From the IMG/VR virus record IMGVR_UViG_3300045988_114880: DNA of 55,042 bases; one strand, written 5' to 3'. A program made the translations under genes and the position numbers. This document shows, in pieces, positions 1 through 8,511 of this stretch. A model generated the notes under the pieces. That model worked only from the letters and a program-made list of their open reading frames with translations. It did not search any database and had not been told where the DNA came from. Position 1 is the stretch's first letter, and each line of letters begins with the position of its first letter. This DNA comes from a virus.

Positions 1-119
1 TTGAAATTGGAAACGAAAGGTTGAATTGTTTTTATAGGCATTTCATTTACAAAATCCGTAAATTCACTCCATGAAGAAAACGATTTTGTTCCCTTCGGAT
101 TTCCCAAAAGTTCTCCCAG
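1..119. repeat. Terminal inverted repeat, left copy (perfect reverse complement of 54924..55042)
   Basis: Direct comparison: 1-119 equals the reverse complement of 54924-55042 with no mismatch; identity ends at 120/54923. Confidence 0.97.
105..119 (-). repeat. 15-bp crossover core CTGGGAGAACTTTTG (minus strand), in front of silent cassette A
   Basis: Same 15-mer as 529..543 (minus) and 54924..54938 (plus); an in-frame TGA lies two codons upstream on the minus strand. Confidence 0.75.
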
Positions 120-135
120 CTCTCAACTTATGCTA

Positions 136-531
136 TTATTCTGTTGCAATTTGTTGCCAATCCCTTAATGGTTCTGTCGTTTCAATAACCGTTAAATCAT
201 CCATGGCTTTTATCTCCATAATGCCAGCTGAATTATCAGGGCATTCCAGCATGATGTCAAAATAATTAGCGCTATTCAACTTTTGATACAGCTTAAATTG
301 GATATCATTTCCACATATCAATTTAAAATGGGAAACTCCATTACGATACCCACTTAATGAAGCTACATAGCAAGACGATATTCCATTTCTTAGCACATAT
401 AGTAAGCATATTACAGGTTTATATACATATAGTTCCTCTTTATATGCTATCTTGTATAATTTGCCTTGAATTAAATCAAAATATGCTGTTCTCCTTGTTA
501 ATCCCTTATTAGTATTTGTCGAAAGTGGCAA
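136..531 (-). CDS. Start-less alternative C-terminal cassette B of the invertible receptor-binding gene (about 130 codons)
   Basis: The minus-strand reading frame continues from core LGELL (543..529) into PLSTNTNKGL...; the only 'start' is the TTG of the core; an in-frame TAA lies 6 codons upstream of the core. Confidence 0.6.
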   Translation of the reverse strand: MPLSTNTNKGLTRRTAYFDLIQGKLYKIAYKEELYVYKPVICLLYVLRNGISSCYVASLSGYRNGVSHFKLICGNDIQFKLYQKLNSANYFDIMLECPDNSAGIMEIKAMDDLTVIETTEPLRDWQQIATE

Positions 532-543
532 AAGTTCTCCCAG
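529..543 (-). repeat. 15-bp crossover core CTGGGAGAACTTTTG (minus strand), in front of cassette B
   Basis: Exact third copy of the core, in frame with cassette B. Confidence 0.75.
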
Positions 544-614
544 GTCGAGATTATAAGATTAATATTGTCGAATTTGATTATTTTGGAGGAAATAGCTAAA
601 TTTAAAATAAAAAT

Positions 615-1838
615 ATGCTAGAGAAGATACGATACAGGTTGGTCTTTAACCGCCAAAAGAAACTGAATAAGCAAGGCACGGCCCTTGTACAGATTGAAGC
701 TTATTTGAACCAAAGGAAAATCTACCTGAAGACCAATGTTTACCTCAAACCGGAATGCTGGAGCCGTGAGGGGGCACAAGTCATTAACCACCCCCAATCT
801 AACGAACTCAACACAATGCTCTATGAATACATCCTGTATCTGCAAGGCATAGAATTGGGGTATTGGAAGCGCGGAATACCTGCCACACTCTCACTACTGA
901 AGGATGCTGTCAAGAAGAAAAGTGCCGTGAATATCAGCTTCTCCACTTTCGCCAAATCAGCCATTGACAATTCGGACAAGAAGCAGTCCACCAAGGACAA
1001 CCTGCACTCGACACTGGCGGTCCTGCATGATTTCCGTTCCGGATTGGACTTCAAGGATCTTACCTATACATTCCTTCGTGATTTTGAGCAATACTTGAGA
1101 GAAAAGGGCAATGCGGTCAATACGATAGCCAAGCACATGAGACAGCTCCGTACCTTGGTCAATGAGGCAATCAACCAGGGATATATGCACGCCGACGCTT
1201 ATCCGTTCAGAAAGTACAAAATCAAACAGGAGAAAGGCAGACATGAGTTTCTTACCCCGGACGAGCTGAAGAAGCTGGAAACGGTCGAAGTGGAAGAGAA
1301 GTCCATGCGCCATGTGCTCGATGCCTTCCTGTTCTGCTGTTATACCGGATTGCGCTATTCTGACTTCTGCCAGCTCACACCTGAGAATTTCATTAGGATA
1401 AACGGCAAGCGGTGGCTGTACTTCAAATCCGTCAAGACAGGGGTGGAAATCCGTCTGCCGTTACATCTGCTGTTTGAAAGCAGGGCATTGGGCATTCTTG
1501 ACCGCTATCCGGATATCGGAAGTTTTGCCGCTTTGCCTTGTAACTCGGAAGTGAATAAGCAGCTTCGAAAGCTGGCCGGGTTATGTGGTATCAAAAAGCG
1601 GATAACCTACCATGTGAGCCGTCATACCTGTGCCACCCTGCTGATTCATCAGGGAGTGGCTATTACCACTGTGCAGAAACTGCTCGGACATACTTCCGTA
1701 AAGACCACACAGATTTATTCGGAGGTACTTTCCAGCACCATTGTGCGTGACTTGAAAAATGTTCAAAGGAAAAGGAAAAAAGTAAAGATGTTTCCCGATA
1801 AAGGCTTGAGAACATCTGATTTTATAGACAACCGGTAG
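615..1838 (+). CDS. Tyrosine site-specific recombinase, candidate shufflon invertase
   Basis: C-terminal HVSRHTCATLL...LLGHTSVKTTQIYSEV (R-H-R-Y catalytic signature); Bacteroides-type N-terminal arm-binding region; begins about 70 bp from core copy 2. Confidence 0.85.
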   Translation: MLEKIRYRLVFNRQKKLNKQGTALVQIEAYLNQRKIYLKTNVYLKPECWSREGAQVINHPQSNELNTMLYEYILYLQGIELGYWKRGIPATLSLLKDAVKKKSAVNISFSTFAKSAIDNSDKKQSTKDNLHSTLAVLHDFRSGLDFKDLTYTFLRDFEQYLREKGNAVNTIAKHMRQLRTLVNEAINQGYMHADAYPFRKYKIKQEKGRHEFLTPDELKKLETVEVEEKSMRHVLDAFLFCCYTGLRYSDFCQLTPENFIRINGKRWLYFKSVKTGVEIRLPLHLLFESRALGILDRYPDIGSFAALPCNSEVNKQLRKLAGLCGIKKRITYHVSRHTCATLLIHQGVAITTVQKLLGHTSVKTTQIYSEVLSSTIVRDLKNVQRKRKKVKMFPDKGLRTSDFIDNR

Positions 1839-2077
1839 ATTTCATGAATCCTATTTGTTTTCTATTAATATTGTGACTCTTTAATTTCTTCGGATAATCG
1901 AAATATTGCTCCTGATTATTTTTTTCAATATGAATTGAATATGGAATAGTTTTCACTATCTTTGCAGTGTAACCAGGAGCTTGATGGCAATAAATATTGT
2001 CATCAGGCTCTTTTTTATTGTCATATCGTGGCAATGGATTTAAGTAATTCTGCAACAATGACGTAAGTAAATAGACA

Positions 2078-2085
2078 TATCTTTG
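2078..2085 (+). promoter_or_regulatory. Bacteroides-type -7 promoter box TATCTTTG upstream of the lysis cassette
   Basis: Match to TAnnTTTG about 35 nt before ATG 2120; a second copy lies at 1957..1964. Confidence 0.4.
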
Positions 2086-2119
2086 AAGTAGTATTATAAT
2101 CAGATAAACAATAGACAGA

Positions 2120-2506
2120 ATGGAATTAAACGACTGGTTGGCTATAATCGGGGCTTTCGGAGGATTGGAGGCTGTCCGTTGGGGTGTCACGTTCTGGGTG
2201 AACCGCAAGACGAACGCACGGAAAGAGGATGCGTCCGCCGATTCAATGGAGGATGAGAACGAGCGCAAGCAGGTTGACTGGCTGGAAGAACGTATCGCCC
2301 AGCGTGACGCCAAGATTGATGCGTTATACGTTGAGCTTCGTAATGAACAGTCTGATAAGCTGGCATGGATTCATAAGTGCCACGAGCTGGAACTGCAATT
2401 GAAAGATGCCGAACATAACCGTTGTGACAGGCCCGACAGCGAATGCGGCCGTCGTATTCCACCACGCAGGGCTACATTAATTAAAGATAAGGAGGAAAAG
2501 AAATGA
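2120..2506 (+). CDS. Lysis-associated membrane protein (holin or spanin-like; N-terminal TM segment plus coiled coil)
   Basis: Hydrophobic WLAIIGAFGGLEAVRWGVTFWV followed by a charged helical region; ATGA overlap with the endolysin gene. Confidence 0.45.
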   Translation: MELNDWLAIIGAFGGLEAVRWGVTFWVNRKTNARKEDASADSMEDENERKQVDWLEERIAQRDAKIDALYVELRNEQSDKLAWIHKCHELELQLKDAEHNRCDRPDSECGRRIPPRRATLIKDKEEKK

Positions 2507-2901
2507 AGTTTTTTACGATTGCGGAACTCTGCAAGTCAACAACTGCTGACCGCTTGGGTATCAATAACAGATGCAGACAGGAGCATGTGACTGCTCTGAC
2601 TGCCTTGGTGGATAATGTGCTTGATCCGTTACGCACATGGTGGGGAAAGCCAATAACAGTAAACAGTGGCTATCGCTGTCTGGAACTTAATGCAGCTGTC
2701 AAGGGAAGCAAGACCTCGCAGCACATGAAGGGGGAAGCTGCTGATATTGACACTGGGGACAGACAGCAAAACAAGCTGTTATTTGAATATATCCGCAAGA
2801 ACCTGCCCTATGACCAGTTGATTGACGAGTCTAACTTCGCTTGGGTGCACGTCAGTTATCGGGCTGACGGAAATAACAGGATGCAAGTTTTGAAACTCTA
2901 A
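2503..2901 (+). CDS. Endolysin, peptidase M15 (D-Ala-D-Ala carboxypeptidase-like) family
   Basis: SGYRC...SQHMKGEAADI...WVHVS zinc-ligand pattern typical of Peptidase_M15_3 endolysins. Confidence 0.8.
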   Translation: MKFFTIAELCKSTTADRLGINNRCRQEHVTALTALVDNVLDPLRTWWGKPITVNSGYRCLELNAAVKGSKTSQHMKGEAADIDTGDRQQNKLLFEYIRKNLPYDQLIDESNFAWVHVSYRADGNNRMQVLKL

Positions 2902-3007
2902 AAACTGCAACTATGGAAAAAGAACCAGGATTTTTTGTGAAAGATACTGATAACTTGCGTGCCAGACTCATTATCACGAGTGAAACGGTTAAAAACTCTC
3001 GCCTTGA

Positions 3008-3610
3008 ATGGGCATGGAGAATTGGAATTACTGTCGCTGTGGCCGCTTCAATCATCATGCAGATTTTATGATGTGGTTATATAATAAGGTTATGAACTGG
3101 GTAAGCCGGCATATATTGCTGGCTCCTTTCATGTGTCTGTTCCTGCTGTTTGCCTGTGGCAGCTCGCATAAGGCTGTCAAATCCAACACAGAGATTATAA
3201 TGAAGGATAGTACACGTGAATCTGTCAACATCGTACACGACGGATCAAGCATCTCTTTGAGCGAACTCATTACCACTAATGGTAACTATGTGATTGATTT
3301 CCGTATCTATGATACCCGAAAACCGCCTGACAGCCTGACCGGGAAACCTCCGTTATTGGCGGACGGGCAAATAGAGGGAAGTTTCAATCAGGCAAAAGAC
3401 AAGAAAACGGTTATAACCGATGCTATAAAACTCAAAACCGACAAGAAATGTTCTTCTAATATCCATGAGAAAGGTCATACCGAAACGACGAAGGATAAAA
3501 GAAAATCCAATTTGCTTGAACAAATAGTTCTGGCATGTGTTAGTGTGGCAATTCTTGTTGTTATCGTACTGACAGCGGTCAGGCGACAACGTGGAAACGA
3601 TTTCTTATAA
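3008..3610 (+). CDS. Lipoprotein with a C-terminal TM anchor (unimolecular-spanin-like architecture); true start probably 3068 or 3092
   Basis: Lipobox LLFAC after MNWVSRHILLAPFMCLF; C-terminal ILVVIVLTAV followed by RRQR. Confidence 0.5.
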   Translation: MGMENWNYCRCGRFNHHADFMMWLYNKVMNWVSRHILLAPFMCLFLLFACGSSHKAVKSNTEIIMKDSTRESVNIVHDGSSISLSELITTNGNYVIDFRIYDTRKPPDSLTGKPPLLADGQIEGSFNQAKDKKTVITDAIKLKTDKKCSSNIHEKGHTETTKDKRKSNLLEQIVLACVSVAILVVIVLTAVRRQRGNDFL

Positions 3611-3614
3611 TAAG

Positions 3615-3671
3615 ACTTGAAATTTATGATTAAGACTTCCCTGCTTGTGATAAGTCGGGAAGTTTTTTTTT
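3615..3671 (+). terminator. Terminator-like hairpin with conserved GTGAT loop, copy 1, followed by a T9 run
   Basis: ACTTCCC...GGGAAGT outer stem; inner CCTGCTT-GTGAT-AAGTCGG. Confidence 0.6.
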
Positions 3672-3777
3672 ATTTCCATGAACAATTCGGTTTTGCCTGT
3701 GTTTGTGTAACCGTACTGATTATTGTTGCGCTGTTGGCGAAAAAAACATTGGCGTAATAATGATTCCTTATAATAAA

Positions 3778-3832
3778 ACTTGAAATTCATAAGTTGAATA
3801 CTCTGGCTCGTGATGAGTCGGGGTGTTTTTTA
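3778..3832 (+). terminator. Terminator-like hairpin with conserved GTGAT loop, copy 2
   Basis: CTGGCTC-GTGAT-GAGTCGG then a T run; shares the ACTTGAAATT(T/C)AT leader with copy 1. Confidence 0.5.
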
Positions 3833-4097
3833 TACAATTGTTATCGAAAATTATATAGCAAAAAATACAATTTTCCAATAGGATTTTGCGTATCTTTGGC
3901 CTGTGATTTTGGAGTAGAAGCCAATCTCATAATAAAAGTTTGGGAGGGGTGTCGTAATGCACGATGCCCCTCATTTTTTGTAATACGTAATAACGTGACA
4001 ACAAATATTTTTATAAATAGGCAAATCCATTTGAACAAACTCTTTATTGTTTTGTTCTTGAAAAATAAAGTAGATTGTCAAAACATAACTAATCTGA

Positions 4098-4136
4098 ACC
4101 GCTCCGGCTTGTGATAAGTAGGGACGGTTTTATTTT
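4098..4136 (+). terminator. Terminator-like hairpin with conserved GTGAT loop, copy 3
   Basis: CCGGCTT-GTGAT-AAGTAGG inside an ACCGCTCC/GGGACGGT stem, then TTTTATTTT. Confidence 0.5.
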
Positions 4137-4181
4137 GATAACATTTCTATTAAAAGATAACCCATGAATTATATGTTCCTT

Positions 4182-4189
4182 TATCTTTG
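4182..4189 (+). promoter_or_regulatory. -7 promoter box TATCTTTG for the 4217 moron gene
   Basis: Exact TAnnTTTG match about 28 nt before the ATG. Confidence 0.4.
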
Positions 4190-4216
4190 CACACTATTAA
4201 CATCAACTTATGTATC

Positions 4217-4459
4217 ATGGCTGAAAAAAAAGAATCTTATTCCGAAGAGGAATTGAATGAAATGATCGTATGGTTCAACAACCATGCTGATGAACTCCCC
4301 AAAGAAATGCAGATTAACAAAGCAGCTTTCACACCAAATTTGAAACTTACTGTTGAAAGTTGTATCATGCAGGCTAAGCAATGTCTGGGCAACTATAAGA
4401 TGGCCGGAGCTTTCCGGATGCTCCAACAAATCAGAGAGAACCTTGAAAACAATAAATGA
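4217..4459 (+). CDS. Hypothetical small protein (80 aa) with its own promoter; A8 tract in codons 3-5
   Basis: ATG 4217 downstream of the -7 box; the ORF-track TTG start at 4187 lies inside the promoter. Confidence 0.55.
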   Translation: MAEKKESYSEEELNEMIVWFNNHADELPKEMQINKAAFTPNLKLTVESCIMQAKQCLGNYKMAGAFRMLQQIRENLENNK

Positions 4460-4664
4460 TATCTTTAATTATTTAATAAGCAAATCAGGCTGTTTCTTCA
4501 TTGAAAAAATATAAAAGTGGCAACTTTAAAAAAAACAATTGTATAAATGATTAGTTCTCGGTATTTTTTATAATTTTTTTTCTTGTTCGGGCAAATATGG
4601 TGCAAATAATTATTATATAATATATAAAACATTGATTAATATATGATTATGAAATACTTTAATA

Positions 4665-4709
4665 AGCTTCCCAAGCTGAGGGTCGCGGGTTCGAGTCCCG
4701 TTTGCCGCT
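4665..4709 (+). other. attP core: 3' fragment of a class II tRNA (variable arm, T arm, 3' acceptor strand)
   Basis: AGCTT-CCC-AAGCT hairpin, GCGGG-TTCGAGT-CCCGT T arm and TTGCCGC acceptor strand; no matching 5' half upstream; integrase gene follows. Confidence 0.7.
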
Positions 4710-4721
4710 CTATTGAAAATC

Positions 4722-4755
4722 AAGTAGTTAGATTTATTTCTAACTACTTTTTTTA
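4722..4755 (+). terminator. Rho-independent terminator after the tRNA fragment
   Basis: 11-bp stem AAGTAGTTAGA/TCTAACTACTT followed by a T run. Confidence 0.7.
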
Positions 4756-4860
4756 TTTGTTAATTGATTATTCGTGTTGTTATTGGTGGTTATTGTGGGC
4801 TATTTCTTATATTTGCGGTGCAAATCAGGTGCAAATTTAAGCGGTTTGCACCGTAAATAA

Positions 4861-6081
4861 ATGACTATGGCTACCGTTAATTTCTATCTTGACACAAGAA
4901 GGGCAAAGGCTAACAATAAATACCCTATTAAGTTACGTATCCAGCATGAAAGCAAATTATTGCTTTCTACGGGGTTTGATTCTGCCATTGAAGCATGGGA
5001 TGGAAGTTGCTATAATAAGAAAGAACCAAATTATAAATATAAAAATGCAGCATTGCGCAATATCTTTGCCGCTGTAGAGAATGAACTTCTTGTCATGCAT
5101 TCTATGGGAAAGCTTAAAGTGATAACCGATAAGATGCTGAAATCTCACTTGGAAGAAATTATTAGCGGCAGGAAAAAGAGTGAAAAGTCATTCATTGATT
5201 ATTTGGATGAATTTGTTTCATTGAAGAATAATGCCGGCACAAAGATTGTTTATGAAACTACCCGAAACAAACTGCTGGCTTTTGACCCTAATTGTACATT
5301 CGATACTATGGACAGAAAATGGCTTGTGTCATTCGAGAATTGGATGAGTGGAAGCGGAATGAAGATAAATGCCTATGCTATTCATATTCGGAATATTCGT
5401 GCTGTTTTCAACTATGCCATTGATGAAGAGATAACCACATTATATCCATTTAGGAAATTCAAGATAAAGAAAGAAGAAACCCGAAAGCGTTCTCTCACCA
5501 TCGAGCAGATTAGAGTACTGAAAGCCTATCCATGCGAGGAATTTGAGGAGAGATACAGGGACTTATTTATGCTGTCGTTTTATTTGATCGGCATAAATAT
5601 AGGGGATATGCTTCTGCTGAAAGAGGAGAACATAGTCAACGGGCGGATTGAATATCATCGTCGAAAAACTGGAAAATTGTATTCAGTGAAGATAGAACCG
5701 GAAGCGCAGGGTATAATTGATCGATATAAGGGAAGGCAATATCTCTTGAATGTTTTGGACGAGTATTCTAATTACAAAGATTTTATCAGTCGGATAAACA
5801 AGGCACTGAAGAATATAGGGCCATTCGAGCGTAAAGGGCTGGGAGGAAAGAAGGTTCGCCAACCGTTATTTCCGGATCTGTCCACATATTGGGCCCGCCA
5901 TTCATGGGCTACATTGGCTGCGGAACTTGATATACCTAAAGAAACTATATCTGCCGGTTTAGGACATGAGATTGGTTCTGATGTTACTAGTATCTATATC
6001 AAATTCGATCAGAAGAAGGTGGACGATGCCAATAGGAGAGTGATTGACTATGTGTTTGGAAAAGAAAAAGCCGGGAAATGA
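4861..6081 (+). CDS. int: Phage integrase (tyrosine recombinase) adjacent to attP
   Basis: WARHSWATLA...GLGHEIGSDVTSIYIKF catalytic region; position next to the tRNA-derived att site. Confidence 0.88.
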   Translation: MTMATVNFYLDTRRAKANNKYPIKLRIQHESKLLLSTGFDSAIEAWDGSCYNKKEPNYKYKNAALRNIFAAVENELLVMHSMGKLKVITDKMLKSHLEEIISGRKKSEKSFIDYLDEFVSLKNNAGTKIVYETTRNKLLAFDPNCTFDTMDRKWLVSFENWMSGSGMKINAYAIHIRNIRAVFNYAIDEEITTLYPFRKFKIKKEETRKRSLTIEQIRVLKAYPCEEFEERYRDLFMLSFYLIGINIGDMLLLKEENIVNGRIEYHRRKTGKLYSVKIEPEAQGIIDRYKGRQYLLNVLDEYSNYKDFISRINKALKNIGPFERKGLGGKKVRQPLFPDLSTYWARHSWATLAAELDIPKETISAGLGHEIGSDVTSIYIKFDQKKVDDANRRVIDYVFGKEKAGK

Positions 6082-6284
6082 TGCCCGGCTTATATTGTTG
6101 GTTTAGAACCGCCACTTATTTTGGTTATAGCGTCATGCTCTGTGTTTTTTCTTTGTTTCTCATCCTCGTCTTTGAGATACTTGTTCCTTATATCTTTGAT
6201 GTCGTTTGTCATTCCCCATACTTTGAAGAAGAGAATAATTTGTAATACTCCGAATATTAGGAGTATGATTTAGGTGTAGTTGTA

Positions 6285-6320
6285 ACAAGCAGTGCATAAA
6301 AATAAATATGCACTGCTTGT
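6285..6320. terminator. Bidirectional terminator between convergent int and the 6325..7530 gene
   Basis: Perfect 14-bp inverted repeat ACAAGCAGTGCATA / TATGCACTGCTTGT. Confidence 0.7.
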
Positions 6321-6324
6321 TTGA

Positions 6325-7530
6325 TTAAAGTTTTTCGTTTTTTAATAATTCTGGATGGTCATATGTGTAATATACCTTGAAAATAAAAGTATATTCATTA
6401 ATAACATCTCTAATCTGGATGGGCAGCATTAATCTGATTTCGCCAGCTTCTTTTCCTATATATTTTTCAGGGAGCATGGAATGCTTTTTCCATCCATTTC
6501 CGATTGTGCTATAACCTATTTTTATACCATCGTCATAATAAACATTAGATGTCGGGGTTGCTAAATCTTCAATTTTGGCACCTTTTATGATTGTGGTAGC
6601 TGGTTGGTCTCCTTCTCGTTCGGAGAATTTTGTTCCAACATGCATAATTTTTGAGGATAAACCATCTAATCCTACAAATGCTGCTTCATTCCAAATGATT
6701 TTAAGAGAATGATCGGATACATTTTTTAGCATAAAGTTAAATTGCTCTGAAGTACCAAAAATTACAATGTCTATTATGCTGTCGTTATATGAATATTTAT
6801 CAATCCCATTGTCTTGTATGATTTTTGTGTTACCATATCGATTTGTTGCTTTTTCTGGCTTTTCAACTTTCAATAAAGCTGTCTTATAGCTTCCTTTGAG
6901 TGCCTTTTGAAAAGGCGTAGTTTTAACCATTGAATACGGACATTCTATAATTTCCCCAGTTCGTTTATTTTTAACTTTTACATTTATTTCTGCTGTCGCA
7001 TAATCTTTACCAACTCCCTTTCCTATAAATAGATCAATAATTTCATATTGATCTTTGACCATATCGTGTTGTATTATTTTTCCCATATGAAGTTGTTTGT
7101 ATTCCTCAAAAGGTTCAGTGAAAACAATGGGCATATACGAAATGAGTGGCCATTGTTTAACTCCACTCCATATACTAACTTTTACGGAAACTTCTTCATA
7201 CCCTTTAAATTTAATTTTTCTTTTAGACCCGTTTTCGATAGCAATGATAGAAATTTCTTTATTAGGCTTGTCGTTAAGAGTTATATTTTTAACTGTGACT
7301 TTTGATATAGTGTAAGTCTTGCCAATGTAAGATTCATTAAATTTAAATCCAGATTTATCCCATGTTTCTAATTGCCCATATGCGGGGCGCACCGTAAAGC
7401 ATTTTCCTACATATTGTTGGTATTCTTCTTCTGTCTTTTGTTGATTAAAGCCAAAGTTGGTACTAGTGTTAAAGGCGAAGGATGTAATATGGCTTACTAG
7501 TAGTCCAAGCAAAAATAAAATCTTCTTCAT
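6325..7530 (-). CDS. Secreted protein of unknown function (signal peptide), last gene of the lysogeny operon
   Basis: MKKILFLLGLLVSHITSFA signal sequence; beta-rich composition; lies 20 bp downstream of the CI gene on the same strand. Confidence 0.65.
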   Translation of the reverse strand: MKKILFLLGLLVSHITSFAFNTSTNFGFNQQKTEEEYQQYVGKCFTVRPAYGQLETWDKSGFKFNESYIGKTYTISKVTVKNITLNDKPNKEISIIAIENGSKRKIKFKGYEEVSVKVSIWSGVKQWPLISYMPIVFTEPFEEYKQLHMGKIIQHDMVKDQYEIIDLFIGKGVGKDYATAEINVKVKNKRTGEIIECPYSMVKTTPFQKALKGSYKTALLKVEKPEKATNRYGNTKIIQDNGIDKYSYNDSIIDIVIFGTSEQFNFMLKNVSDHSLKIIWNEAAFVGLDGLSSKIMHVGTKFSEREGDQPATTIIKGAKIEDLATPTSNVYYDDGIKIGYSTIGNGWKKHSMLPEKYIGKEAGEIRLMLPIQIRDVINEYTFIFKVYYTYDHPELLKNEKL

Positions 7531-7550
7531 AATCTTAATATATTTAGTTT

Positions 7551-8237
7551 CTAAAATCTCTTTACAGCTCCCAATACTTGAAATATAGTTCTAATCATTC
7601 TTGCTGGAAGTTGTTGTGGGGAATACTCTGGTGATTTATTGGATGGGATGAGCGTATATGAATCGTCAGTTTTCCCAGCTCCCAATCTTTTTATAGTGCG
7701 CATATCGTTTGTTGTAACGATGGCATACACTTCTCCAAGTGGAAGAAATGATTTATCTTCTATTTTCTTTAATGCTATTATATCTCCGTGATTGATTTCC
7801 GGTTCCATAGAATGACCTGTAACATTGCACCAGCAATCCGCATTATTGTATTTTTGAAAATCTATCATATATTCCGGATTTATAGTTTGGTCGTTTAGAA
7901 TCAGGTCAAAACCACCTATAAAATCTACATTATAATAGGGAACGCCTGTTGTATAGTTGATTTTAGGTTGTTCAGTACCATATTCCAAAATTGGCTCCAT
8001 TACAATATTCTCGTTATTTTCTTTACGAGACAACATCTCTCCTTCACCAGTAAGAAGCCAGTTTGCATTTACATCTGGGAATTTTGATAAAATTTTGTTG
8101 AGTACATTTTTACCAGCACCACGAGATACCCAATTACTTATTGTTTGTGGGCTTTCTTCCATTTTTCTTGCAAAATCAGCTTTTGATTCGCAGAAATGAG
8201 AAATAATATCAGAAATTCTTTCACCTTCTGTTTTCAT
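7551..8237 (-). CDS. CI-like repressor: XRE HTH plus S24 (LexA-like) autopeptidase domain
   Basis: N-terminal HTH (KADFARKMEESPQTISNWVS); C-terminal GHSMEP serine motif and a downstream IKRL lysine. Confidence 0.85.
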   Translation of the reverse strand: MKTEGERISDIISHFCESKADFARKMEESPQTISNWVSRGAGKNVLNKILSKFPDVNANWLLTGEGEMLSRKENNENIVMEPILEYGTEQPKINYTTGVPYYNVDFIGGFDLILNDQTINPEYMIDFQKYNNADCWCNVTGHSMEPEINHGDIIALKKIEDKSFLPLGEVYAIVTTNDMRTIKRLGAGKTDDSYTLIPSNKSPEYSPQQLPARMIRTIFQVLGAVKRF

Positions 8238-8511
8238 ATAAACAATTTTGTGTATATTTGTGTCGGAATCAAGTTGCGGATGATTTCAACTAATTTGTTT
8301 AACTATTCCCGTAAGGGACTATATAGGCGACTTAACTTCAAACCGCAACTTTGGAGTTGGTCGCTTTACTTTTATAGTTATGGTAATAATCAATCCTTTT
8401 CTATTTGAATCAATGAGAATGCAAATAGAAGAGTCATCTCATACGCCAAACAAAACAATCTGTAAGGATCCATTTAAAGAATCAAACAGGCTTGTTGATA
8501 ATGCAAAAGAA

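Noticed and set aside
71-265. ORF MKKTILFPSDFPKVLP... and its twin at 54685..54972 (minus strand)
   Set aside because: The shared N-termini are simply the antisense reading of the 119-bp inverted repeat. Both lie antisense to the better-supported cassette and constant ORFs, and they diverge into junk-like sequence outside the repeat.
1822-2313. 163-aa minus-strand ORF spanning the recombinase-lysis intergenic region
   Set aside because: Its 5' third is antisense to the membrane lysis gene. The rest crosses two plus-strand -7 promoter boxes. There is no internal start for the non-overlapping part.
3794-4114. 106-aa ORF in the moron region
   Set aside because: It uses a non-ATG start, runs from terminator-like hairpin 2 into hairpin 3, and has an AT-rich, junk-like translation.
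4224-4231. A8 tract in codons 3-5 of the 4217 moron gene as a phase-variation switch
   Set aside because: It is plausible but unsupported. The shifted frames terminate quickly and there is no second open frame, unlike the A9 site at 25243. Lys-rich A runs are common in this genome.
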